This document shows, in pieces, positions 24,505-54,100 of a DNA stretch of 64,000 bases (positions within the stretch are counted from its first letter, which is position 1; the number at the start of each line of letters is the position of its first letter). The DNA lies in NCBI GenBank assembly GCA_000004695.1, contig CM000151.3:448001-512000 (forward strand). The letters are read 5' to 3'. The notes under the pieces were generated by a model. The model did no database searches, was not told the origin of the DNA, and was given only the letters and a program-made list of their open reading frames with translations. The stretch comes from Dictyostelium discoideum (Eukaryota). The position numbers were made by a program, and so were the translations under genes.

Positions 24505-25932
24505 CTAAAGATTTAAAAGAGTAATTAAAACTAAAAGAATACATAATAGTAATGGAAGAGAAACAGATTTTTTACTATTAATTGAATTACTGGTGTGCTT
24601 TTTTCCACCACCAGTTGTAGATGTAGATGTAGTAAATGGACTTGTTGTAGATGTTGAGGCAGTGGTGGTGGTGGTAGTACTACCAGATGATGGATATATT
24701 GAACATATTTGATTTCCATTATACATGATATTACAATCAGAACAAATTGGATATTGATTTAAACTATCACCATTATTATTTGTAAAAATGATTTTTGAAT
24801 TTACACATATAATTGAACCTCTAGCATTTGGATAATTAATAGAATTTTCATCAAAATATAAATTTGAGTCACTTGCATCAATTACATTACTATTACCATT
24901 ATTATTATTATTATTAATAATTTTATTTAATTTTAAATTAACATCACCATTTAGTAAATGAATAAATCCATCATTAATATTTGTAAAAGTATTATTTGTA
25001 ATAGTAACTTCATCTGAATTATAGTTAGCATTAATTAAAAATGAATTTGAAATTTTCATATTATTATATTCTGAATTTTTAATTACTAAACTACCATTTT
25101 TATATGTAATTAAAAACTCTTTACCACTATTGATTTTTATTTCATTGAATGTTGATGAATCAATTATTAATGAATTTGTTCCTAAAATATTATTATAAAA
25201 ATAATTACCCAATGTAATTGTTTTAAAATTTGATGAAATAAAATGAACTTTAAAATTTAAAAAATTAAATAATTGTGAAGTGATATTAATATTTTCAAAT
25301 TTTGTATTTATAAAATCAATTGAATTAAATCCATTATTTGATGATGAAGATGGTGCGCCATTTAAGTAAATATTAAAATCTTTATAACAATTTGAAATTT
25401 GACATGAATCAAATGTAATTTTAGTATAGTCATTATTTGGTGCTGGTGATGAAGTACGATAAACAAGAAAACTGCTATTAAAGTTTATAATATTAATATT
25501 TGATAATTTTAAAATTGAGTTATTCAAAGTTGAGTTTAATTTTAAAATTGAGATGAACGTTTTCTCTAAGGTACTGCCATCAATTGTGACTTTATTAGAG
25601 CCAATTGTGTATGTGGATATTGTTATATTCCAACCGTAAAATGAAAAACTATTTAAATCACCTCTATATGTTCCATCAACTAATTTTAAAACTAAATTTG
25701 AATTTATATTTTCAGGTTGATTTTTAATTTTTGAAAAATAAGCTATTGCTTCTTGAATTGAATTACAAGAATTATTTAAAGAATCTCCACATTCACCATT
25801 TGAATTGATTTTATTTGTGTCAACAATTAAATCAAATGTTGGAAAATTTGAATCAGAACTTGAACTTAAATTAATAAAATTAAAAAATAAAATATAAATA
25901 TAAACAAACAAGAGATAATATTTTTTTAACAT
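24505..25932 (-). CDS. secreted N/S-rich cell-surface protein with signal peptide, Thr/Ser stalk and C-terminal hydrophobic (GPI-anchor-like) tail
   Basis: 475-aa ORF. The N-terminus MLKKYYLLFVYIYILFFNFINLSSSS is signal-peptide-like. The C-terminus is TTTTTTASTSTTSPFTTSTSTTGGG…LPLLLCILLVLITLLNL. N-x-S/T sequons are very frequent. Confidence 0.6.
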   Translation of the reverse strand: MLKKYYLLFVYIYILFFNFINLSSSSDSNFPTFDLIVDTNKINSNGECGDSLNNSCNSIQEAIAYFSKIKNQPENINSNLVLKLVDGTYRGDLNSFSFYGWNITISTYTIGSNKVTIDGSTLEKTFISILKLNSTLNNSILKLSNINIINFNSSFLVYRTSSPAPNNDYTKITFDSCQISNCYKDFNIYLNGAPSSSSNNGFNSIDFINTKFENINITSQLFNFLNFKVHFISSNFKTITLGNYFYNNILGTNSLIIDSSTFNEIKINSGKEFLITYKNGSLVIKNSEYNNMKISNSFLINANYNSDEVTITNNTFTNINDGFIHLLNGDVNLKLNKIINNNNNNGNSNVIDASDSNLYFDENSINYPNARGSIICVNSKIIFTNNNGDSLNQYPICSDCNIMYNGNQICSIYPSSGSTTTTTTASTSTTSPFTTSTSTTGGGKKHTSNSINSKKSVSLPLLLCILLVLITLLNL

Positions 25933-26533
25933 TCTTTTTATTTTTTTCTATATTTTTTTTTTTTTTTTTTATATTATTTTTTTTTTTTTTAATTTATATG
26001 GTTTTTTTTTGGGTGGTTAATTAGTGGGTTTTTTATTTTTTATATGTAAAAAAGAATTTAAAATCGATTTTATATTGTTTTTTTTTTTTTGATTTAATTA
26101 TGAAAATAAAAAAAAAAAAATACCACTATCTAAAAATAGATTCAATTTTTGATACTCTGAGGGTGAATTGTTTTTATTTTTATTTTTAAAAAGGTTTCCT
26201 AAATGAGGAAATGGGTTTATTTATTTTTATTTTTATTTTTAAATATTTTTCTTTTTTTTTTAAATTAATTATTTTTTAATTTCTGGAAAAATGATAATAT
26301 ATTTTCCTAGGAATTAAATTTATTATAATGATGAAAAGGAAAATAATAATAAAATATCTGATTTATTTTATTTGAATTATTTTTTTAAATTTAAGAATGA
26401 AAAAAAAAAAAATGGAAAAAAAAAAAAGGAAAGGAAAGAAAAAAAAAAAGAAAAAAAAATAATTATCTAAAACAAACCAATTTAATGGGTTTTAAACTTT
26501 TTTTTTTTTTTTTTTGTATTTTTTTTTTTTTTT

Positions 26534-30175
<3,642 letters not shown>

Positions 30176-30475
30176 GTGATATTACTATTTAAATTTATTT
30201 ATTTATTGATTAATTTATTTGTTTCTTTTATTTTATTTTATTTTATTTTATTTTATTTTAATATATTTTATTTTAATTTATTTTATTTTATTTTTTTTTT
30301 TTATTTTTTTTTTTTTTTTATTATTGAACAAAAAAAAATAAAATAAAAGAAAATAATATAATATAATATAATATAAATATATATATATTAATATATATTA
30401 ATATATATTAATGTATTTTTTTTTTTTTTTTTTTTTAATTGTATGTTTTTGTGTGTGTCAGTTGTTTTAAGTTTG

Positions 30476-30507
<32 letters not shown>

Positions 30508-30652
30508 TTGGGTGAGAGTTTTGTTTTTTTTTTTTTTGTTGTGAATTTTTATTTTTTTTTTTTATTTTTTTTTTTTTTCTCGAGTTATTGTTTTATTTTA
30601 GCCCAAACAAAAAAATCAAAACAATCTTGATGAGTTTTTTGGAATTTTGGAG

Positions 30653-30688
<36 letters not shown>

Positions 30689-30931
30689 AAACTAAAAAAA
30701 AAAAAAAAAAAAATGAATTTGGTATTAGAAATGTTAAAAAAAAAATAATAAAATAAAATGAAAAAATAAATTAAATAAAAAGTATTAATAAAAAGATAAT
30801 TTTTTTTAAATTAAAATTAGATAAGAGAAAATAATGATAATAAAAAAAAAAAATAAATAAAAAAAAAAAAATAAAAAAAAAATAAAAAAAATAAAAAAAA
30901 AATAAAAAAAATAAAAAAAATTTTAAAAAAA

Positions 30932-30971
<40 letters not shown>

Positions 30972-31424
30972 GTGAGATGCATATAAAACTAAATTTTTAA
31001 ATGTAGGTGTTGGTTTATTTTTGGAGTGTGGGTATGTGGTGGTGTATGTTATCATTTGAGGTATTTTATAAGTACATTAAAGTAAATTAAAAATAAAATA
31101 AAATAAAAATTTTAATTTTATATATTTATATTTATATATAAAAAAAATTGATTTAATAATTTTTTTTTTTTTTTTTTTAAAAAATAAAAATTATTTTTAA
31201 AAAAAAAAAAATAAAAATAAAAAAAAATAAAATAAAAAATAAATAAATAAAAAAAACAAATAATAATAAAATAAATAAATATTTAAATTGAAAAACCACA
31301 CCCAAAATAGAACAAAAAAAAAAAACTAGACATTGTTTCTTATTAACTATTGCATTCAATAGGAAGTTGTACAACTATAAAAATAATATTAAAAAAAAAA
31401 ATATAATCATTATAATATATTAAG

Positions 31425-31460
<36 letters not shown>

Positions 31461-32276
31461 TTAACAAATTCTATTTAAATAAATAGTACTACCTACTATT
31501 TTAAATTTTTTTTTTAAATTTTATTTTTTAAATTTTATTTTTTTTTTTTTATTTTTTTTTTAATATAAATTTATATAAATTAATATTAGGATTTAAAAAA
31601 AAAAAAAAAAAAAAAACAAAAATATATTCTTATTATTAAAATTTTTATTTTGTTGTATTTTTAAAACTTAGCTTTTTTTTTTTTTTTAATTTTTTTTTCC
31701 ACAAAATCATAAAAAAAAAAAAATCTCGCAAAACGATCAACGTATATTGGCATTAATGTAATTGGGGACTTATATTTTTAGATTTTAGATTTGCCAACAA
31801 AATAAAAAAAAAAAAAAAGAGTGGTGTTTTTTTTATTTTTTTTATTTTTTTTTATTTTTTTATTTTTAAAAAAATATATTTAGATTTTTTATTTTTTATT
31901 TTTTATTTTTTTTTTTTTTGAGTAGTGAATGTGAAGCATACGTTGAAATTATATTACAATTGATAAAAAAAAAAAAAAAAAATTAATTTCCATTTTAAAA
32001 TAAACTACCCTAATTTTATTGAATATGGTAATAATTTTTTTTTTTTTTTTATTCATTGGATAAATTAGGGGAAAGGGTAAAGATTTATCCAAGAAAATAA
32101 TTTAAAAATTTTCTTGGAAATTATTTATTTATATTATTTTATTTTTTTTTTTTTTTTCAATTTTCACTTTTTTTTTTTTATTTTTTTTTTTTATTTTTTT
32201 ATTTTTCAATTTTCACGCAAACATACAAACACAAACACACAGATAAAAAAAAAAAAAAAAAAAATCACGAAATGAA

Positions 32277-40472
<8,196 letters not shown>

Positions 40473-40533
40473 ATAATAACAATAATAAAACAAAACACTT
40501 TTTTATTTTATAAATAATAATTTAATTTAAATT

Positions 40534-45615
<5,082 letters not shown>

Positions 45616-45727
45616 TCTAACTTATATATATATATAAGTTAATAAAAAGTTTTATTTTATAACTGTTAAAAATAAAAAAAAAAATAAAATAAAAATAAAA
45701 TTTTTTTTTTTTTTTTTTTTATTTTTT

Positions 45728-45759
<32 letters not shown>

Positions 45760-45910
45760 CGAAAACCTGGTTAATTAATTTTATTTTTATTTTTATTTTT
45801 ATTTTTTATTTTTACTTTTATTTTTTAAGTTTATACAGATCAAGATTGTGTTGAATTTTCTGAATTATTAAAAAAAAAAAAACATAATCATAAATTTATT
45901 TATGATTATG

Positions 45911-45941
<31 letters not shown>

Positions 45942-46159
45942 AATTTTATTTTTTTTTTTTGAATTTTTGGTATCTGTTTGGTGGAACTTTTCCTTTGACA
46001 ATTTTCAAAAGGGGTCTGAAAATTTAAAAATAAAATGAAAAAAAAAAATCCTAATAAGCTCGTAATTAAAAATCTTAAGATTTTTTTTTTTTTTTTAAAA
46101 AATTAAACACTATTTGTTATTAAAAAGGGTAAAAAAAAAAAATTAATTATTATAATTAC

Positions 46160-46207
<48 letters not shown>

Positions 46208-46315
46208 CAAAAACAATGACTTAATTTTATTTTTAAAATGGATTTAGTATTTAAAAATAGAATACTCGAAAAATATACAGGTGATATAGAATGTAAAAAA
46301 AAAAAATGAATGCCA

Positions 46316-46359
<44 letters not shown>

Positions 46360-46366
<7 letters not shown>

Positions 46367-46452
46367 TGAAGTTCATTTAATGGTATACCATTCGGTGATT
46401 GATAACTTTCAAAATTGTTTTGAGTTTTAGTTGAGTTATTATTAATATTATC

Positions 46453-46532
<80 letters not shown>

Positions 46533-47460
46533 TACTATTATTATTATTATTATGATAATCCCAATAAGTTAACCAATGAGAATGAATTGAAATATGATTA
46601 TCACGACCAAATAATGAAGAGAAATTTAAACGATAACATGATAAACTAATTAATAAACCGATTGACCAACCAGCTAAAACATTTAAAAAAGTGTGACGAT
46701 AATCGGCAACTCTTGAAATACCAATTAACCCAGCAGTAATTAAACAACCAATAATAAGTAAATAAATAATAATATGACCTCTATTATCAAAACACTTTAA
46801 TCTAGCCAATAAATACAATGCCAAGAAACCAAAACAGCTCGCAGCAATACTTGAATGACCAGATGGGTAAGCTGATAAACCGTCATTTACAATAAACTCA
46901 CTCTCTGTGCAAATTGATCTATCATAATAGATTGCACCATACCCAACAGGTGGGTTGCCTGCTACGATTGATTCTTTAGTAGGTTTGCAAAATTCTAAAA
47001 ACGAAGGTCTCAATCCTCCAATGAACACTTTAAATGATCCAGTTAATAGTATTGTAACTGAAATTGATTGAAGAAATCCTAATAGTGAATGATGGAAATC
47101 GTTTATATCCCTTTTAAATATAATTGAAATTAGTAGTATCATTGCAAATGGTACGGCAGTTACAAGAGGTATTAATAAGCCAAGGGGTATGATTTCCTCT
47201 AGTTTCGGATACGATATTGATTCATCGTTTAATCTAAACAATCTTCCTCTTACTGGTACTTTTAAAAGTAATATAGAACCAATAACTAATAAAACAACTA
47301 CACAAAACCAATCTAATAAATAAATTAATTTTTTATTATTTTTCCTTAAATCAATATCATAAAATAATGGTTTATCATATTGATTTTCATAAATTATTTT
47401 TTTGATTTTTTTATTTATAATTGTTTCATCATTATTAAATAGTAATCCACTATTTTCCAT
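46360..47460 (-). CDS. lipid phosphate phosphatase (PAP2 superfamily), multi-pass membrane protein with poly-N tail
   Basis: PAP2 motifs appear in order: KVFIGGLRPSF (KxxxxxxRP), YPSGHSS (PSGH) and SRVADYRHTFLNVLAG (SRxxxxxHxxxD). Several hydrophobic helices are present. Confidence 0.8.
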
Positions 47461-48282
47461 TTTTTTTTTTTTATTTTTTTATTTTTTTAATGTGTTTAGG
47501 TTATATTTAATTAATTTATTTTTTATTAATATCTAAAAATATAAAATAAAAAAAAAAAAAAAAAAAAACAAAACTCAACGTTTTTGGGGTTACATGGGTG
47601 TTATTATTTTTTTTTTTATATTTTTTTTTTTTATTTTTTTTTTTTTTTATTTTTTTTTTTTTATTTTTTCTGAATTTTTAGGTGAAAATAATTATTTTTT
47701 TATTTCCCAAACCTTTTTAGAAAGATAGACAATAAACAATGTTTTTGTAATAATAATAATAATAATAGTAATAATCAAATTATTGAAGAAAAATAGTATC
47801 AGTTGATCATTATAAAATACTTTATGATTGAAAAGCTTTCAAAGAATTTTTATATGATGGATCTTTTGATAGGTTCACTCCAGAATTGAAATTGCAAATC
47901 TTTGATGCTGGCATTGATTGCTTTTCAGTTTTATTAAATTTAAACGACCAAAATTGGCCAAAAATTTCATTTTTATCAGTACCAAAAAGATGTCTTTTGA
48001 AGAATAGATATAATCCATAATAAAGCCATCAAAAAAGAGTATCCTTCAAATCTCCTTTTGATATCTATGATCAAAAAAACTATAATCAATTCATTAATGA
48101 TATAGTTTATGATGAAAAAAATATAAAAGACTTGGTCGATCTTTAATCCCATCTTGTGACGATGATTGGTGTGAATTATTGATACATTTACAAAAAATCC
48201 TTAAACCTGTAATCTATTTTAATTTAATCAATCAATTAAAATTGATATATGAATAATAACAAAACAAAACAAAACAAAACAA

Positions 48283-48547
<265 letters not shown>

Positions 48548-48959
48548 CAATTGATAATCCATGTGGATATGTAAATTGAGAATTGTAATAATAATACACC
48601 AAAACCAATACAAGCAAACATAAAAATTAGAAGTAATAAAGTAGGGTCTATTTCTAAAAATGTTAACGTTTCTTTCTGGGAATAATAAAATTTCAAATAA
48701 AAACATCGATAATAAACCCAGGAATATCCTTTAATAAAATAGTTAAAAATTTAAAATTAAAATTACACACACACATATATATATTTAATAGATTAATAAA
48801 TTGTTACTATAATAAAATTTTTAAAAACATATACAATTTTCCTTTTAAAAATAAAGTCTTTTTTTATGAAAGTAACATTCAGACATTATTATTATTTATT
48901 TTTTTTATTTATTTATTTGTTTATTTCAATTAAATTAAATTTTTAATATTTATAAATAG

Positions 48960-50210
48960 TTCTTCGTCTCCAATTTCATTTGGTATTTGGAAATTTGGTT
49001 CTTTTAAATAATTTATTAAAATTGTTCTAATCTTGGAACTACACGGGAAAAAACACAATAAAATCCATTTTTATCTTTAAAACCGCGGTCACCAGAATTA
49101 TAATACCCTTTGGATTTTATGAATAATTGTTTATTTTTCATTATTTTTATAAAATGAAATTGCAAAACTTGATGGTATTGGTAATTTAAATGAAAATCCA
49201 CCAATTTCATTCTCATTTACCAACTCTGGTGAAAGTATTGATGGTTTAATGAAAATTGAAGGTACACCACCTACTTCATTATGAATGGGATCATTTTATA
49301 TTTTGTTCATTACCAAAATGCTTGATATTCCAATTTCACTCTGACCATACCCTCTTGAACGTTTTACTTTAATTTTAATTTCAAAGAAATCTGAAATTGA
49401 TTCATCAATAATTTCGTGACCAGTACCAATAAACTTGATAAATTATAGGTTGAATGTAAATTCACGGGTATTTGGAAAGTGTGTGGACCAGTGAATGCGA
49501 CGGATACTTTATGTTTTTCAATTGTTTTCCAAAATAAATCTTCAAGTTTTTGAATTGTTAAAGAGCCCATACCAGTATAGCAAAAGAATGTTAAAATTAA
49601 CTTGTTTGATAAAAGTGTACTACTGTGGTATTTCAAACAAACCAAATATGAAACATTACCTCTAACAATTGGTTGAATCTCTTGTAAAAACTATATATAA
49701 TGGATGACTTGAATTAACTGAAACATATTCATAAAATGGTTTTGTTGATTTTCTTTGATTCTATTTATTTCTAAATCCAAATTTAAAGAATTTGGTATTG
49801 GTTTTGTACTTTTAAAATTATAAAACAGATTCCAATTAAATAGCCATTATCATCATTTCTATAATGGGTAATTGCTAGAATTGGTTTAAAATTTTATATG
49901 TCAATTGCTTTGTTTAATTTTGATGTTATATAAATTTATTAATGAATAATCAATGCTACTTGATCCCTTTTTATTGGATTATTTATATGAACTATTTAAT
50001 TTACCACCTTGAAACCAATCAGGATAAATTTCATCACTACTATAAATTTTATCCAAAAATAATAAAAAACAATTATTAGAACAAAATAAATAATTTAATT
50101 AATTGTTTATAACTTACCAATAAATATATTTCTTTGCAACCTCATCCCAAGATTCATTTGGTTTAGTATTTATTATAATTTTCAAAATTAAATGGATCAC
50201 TTAATTTGTG
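48960..50210 (-). pseudogene. decayed AMP-dependent synthetase/ligase (acetyl/acyl-CoA synthetase-like) pseudogene
   Basis: Minus-strand fragments lie in different frames and are separated by stops. They are …SWDEVAKKYIYW (followed by GTAAGTT…TTTATAG) then TSDEIYPDWFQGGKLNSSY (compare ACS WFEDGTLNLCYN), …KHKVSVAFTGPHTFQIPVNL, RGYGQSEIG, and YYNSGDRGFKDKNGFYCVFSR (compare Y.TGD…DGY.wi.GR). Confidence 0.5.
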
Positions 50211-51180
50211 CATCTCCTTTTTTTTTTTTAAATTTAATTCAAAAACACACCACAAATAAATTAAAAGGTGTTCAGAGGAAAAAAAAAAAAAAAAAAAAAA
50301 AAAATTAAAAGAGAAATTGTCAAAAAAAAAAAAAAAAAAAAAAAAAGTGTGATTGTGTTTAAAAATTTTTATAAAAAAAAAAAAAAAGTTTTGTTTAGCG
50401 GTTATTTGTAAATAACACACTCAGACGTTTTCTAACATGTGGGTGTTGTGGGGTTAGAAAAATAATAAACACTTGAAAAAACAAAAATAAACCTAGAAAA
50501 TAAAAAAAATAAAAACTAAGGGAAAAACACAGATAAACCAGAAAAAAAAAAAAAAAAAAAAAACTTTTTTTTATATAAGTGAGTGTGTGAAGTACTTGTT
50601 AACAGTTGAATGGATATCTCAATTAACTATATTAGATTGGTAAAAATTAATTTGCTAATAAATATTTTCAATTTATATCTGGTGTATCACCTGTAACTGC
50701 AAGAAATGTTTAATAAATTTTTTTTTTTTTAACACTATGGCCAACAATTAGGGTGTTAAAATTTAAACTACACGTACGTTTCCTCATTTATACAAAATAA
50801 TAATAATAAATATAATATTAATTTTTTAATTTTATTCATAAACATTAGGTAATCAAAATCTATTTATAAAAAAACGCTGTTTTTAATATAAAAATAATAG
50901 TAATCAAAGTTACATTAAACTCAAATTATACAAGAACAATAGAAAAAAAATAACACTTTATTTTTTTTTTTTTAAATTATTATTTTTAATTATTTTTTTG
51001 TATTTATTTTGGAATGTATAAAAATAAATAAATTTGAATTTATCTATTTATTTAATTATAAAAAAAAAAAAAAAATATTAAAATATTTATTAAAAATAAT
51101 AAAATCAATATTCAACCTAATAAATACAAACAACAATAAAAAAAATAAAATAACAATTTATATATATATATTAACAAAAA

Positions 51181-54100
51181 ATGGATATGAAATTAAATGA
51201 TATTGAAAATGAAAATTTTATAAATCAAATGAAAGGTGTTGCAATTGTTGGTATTGGATTTAGAATCCCTTCTGGTAATAGTGAAAATTCAATTAGTTCA
51301 CCAGATGATTTATTTAATAATTTAAAGAATGGTTTTGATGGTGTTAGTAGTACATCAGAAAGATGGAGTGACAATTACCACAAGTTGGGTGAAATTAGTA
51401 GTCCAAATGCAGGTTTATTACCATTAAATGAATGGAAATCATTCGATCCATTATTTTTTGGTATTAATCCATCCGATGCTCATCATATTGATCCTCAACA
51501 AAGATTATTATTAAAATGTACATGGGAAGCATTAGAAGATGCATCTATCGATCCAATTTCAATTCGTGGTACAAATACTTCAGTTTTCATTGGCTCATCA
51601 ACTATTGATTATTTACATGCAAATAAACATCCAGATCTTATTTTAAAGAATGCTATTGGTTTTTCACCAAGTACTTTATCAAATAGAATTTCATACTGCT
51701 TCGATATCCATGGTCCTTCATTATCAATTGATACAGCTTGCTCATCATCAATGAATGCTGTTACTCAAGGTTATCACTCAATATTAAATGGTACTTCCAA
51801 TATGTCTATTGTTGGTGGTGTAAATTTTGTAATAGGTAAGAATTCTTATATTCTTGTGATTAATTATAATTATAATTTATTTTTAAATTATTAACTATTT
51901 TATTTATTTATTCATACTAGATGTTGAAACAATAAAAGGTTTTTCATATTTAAATATGTTAAGTAAAACACATGGTAAATGTAAAGCATTTGATGAAAGT
52001 GGTGATGGTTTTACACGTGGTGAATGTGCTGGTGTTGTAGTTTTAAAGAAACTTGATGATGCTATTAGAGATGGTAATAGAATTTATTGTATAATTAATG
52101 GTATAAGTTCAAATATTGATGGTAATGGAATTGCTGATAAGGCCAACTTTTATTCACCATCAAAGCAATCACAATTTAATAATATTAATTTAGCATTTAA
52201 ATCAACCAATGGTAAAATTTCAGTAAATGACATTCAATATATCGAAGCACATGGTACCGGTACTAAAACAGGTGATCCAATTGAAACTGAAGCAATTTCA
52301 ATGGCTTTTAAAAATAGAGATAAATCAACACCAATTCTAATTGGTTCAATTAAAAGTAATATTGGTCATTGTGAAGCTGGTTCAGGTGTTGTATCATTAA
52401 TCAAATGTTGTTTAATGTTTAAATATCAATGCTTTTTACCAAATATTCATTTCAAAAATCCAAATCCATTAATTAAATTCAATGAATGGAATTTAAAAGT
52501 TGTAACATCACCAATTCCATTCAACAGAAATAATGAAAAATCAGTTTCAATGATGATTAATAACTTTGGTGTTACTGGTTCAAATTGTTGTTTACTTATT
52601 TCAGAGTTTAAAAAACAAGATTATGAATCATATGAAAACAACATCGGCAGTATTAATAAAAATATATTAGTGCCATTCTCAGCAAATTCTCCAAAGTCAT
52701 TGGACCAATACCAATCAAAAATCAAAAATATAATTAATAATCAATTCAATTTTATTGATTTTGCAAATAACCAAATTTATTCAAAATCAAATTATCTTTA
52801 TCAAAGATCAGTTGTAATAGCAAATAATTCAAATGATCTTGTTAATAAAATTTTAAATAAAAAACATATTCAAACTAAAAATCCAATCATTTCAAATATG
52901 TCATTCAAAGGAAAGAATCCAATTACAATTTTTGTTTTTTCAGGTCAAGGATCACAATATCCTAAAATGGCTTTAGAATTATATAATAATGAAGTAATCT
53001 TTAAAAAATCAATTGATTTAATCGATTCAAAATTATCAAAATACTATGGTTATTCAGTTTTAGAAAAATTAAGATCGATTGGAGATGATGATACTACTTC
53101 CATTCATGATCCAACTATTGCACAACCAGCAATGTGTATGTTTTCAGTATCATTATTTGAATTATATAAACATTGGGGAGTAAATCCTTCATTTATTCTT
53201 GGTCATAGTCTTGGTGAAATCCCAACCTCATATTGTTCTGGAATGATTGATTTAGATACATTCTGTTATACAGTTTATCAAAGATCAATAGCACAAACTA
53301 AAACACATGGTAATGGTAGAATGTTATCAATCAATATTAGTGATGAAGAATTTAAATCAATGTATTCTCAAAAGTATCCACAAATTGAAATTGCGTGTTA
53401 TAATTCACCTCAATCAATTGTTGTGGCAGGTAATGAATCAATATTAAATGAAATTTCAAAAGAATTAAAAGAAAAAGAAATTTTCACTGCAATGTTAGGT
53501 TCATTATCATCATTCCATACAAGTAGTCAACAATGTACAAAAGATAGTATATTACAACTAAACATTGAAAGTAAAAAATCAAAAGTACCAACATTTTCAA
53601 CAGTTACAACAAATTTATTCAACGAATCAGATCCATTTAATTCACAGTATGTTTATGATAATATTATTAATCCAGTTAAATTCACACAAACAATTTCAAA
53701 TATTTATAAACATATCGAATCAAATCAATTAGATAATGATATTGTATTCATTGAAATTGCACCACATCCAACATTATCATTTTATATTAAACAAATGGTA
53801 CCATCAAGTTTAAATGAATCAGTTTCAGTTTATTCAGCACTTCACAAGAAAAAGAATGATGTCGAAGAGTTTCAACAAACCATTTCAAATTTATATTGTC
53901 AAAATGGATATAATATTAATTTTAAATGTCAATTTAATAATAAAAAATCAAATCAAAAAATTAATTTACCACTTTATCAATGGGATGACGAATTATATTT
54001 CGCTCAAACTCAAGTACTCGAACAACATAGAAAAGAAGGACCACCAATTGACCATCTTGGTCTATCAAACTCTTATTATTCACCATTTAAAAATTCATAT

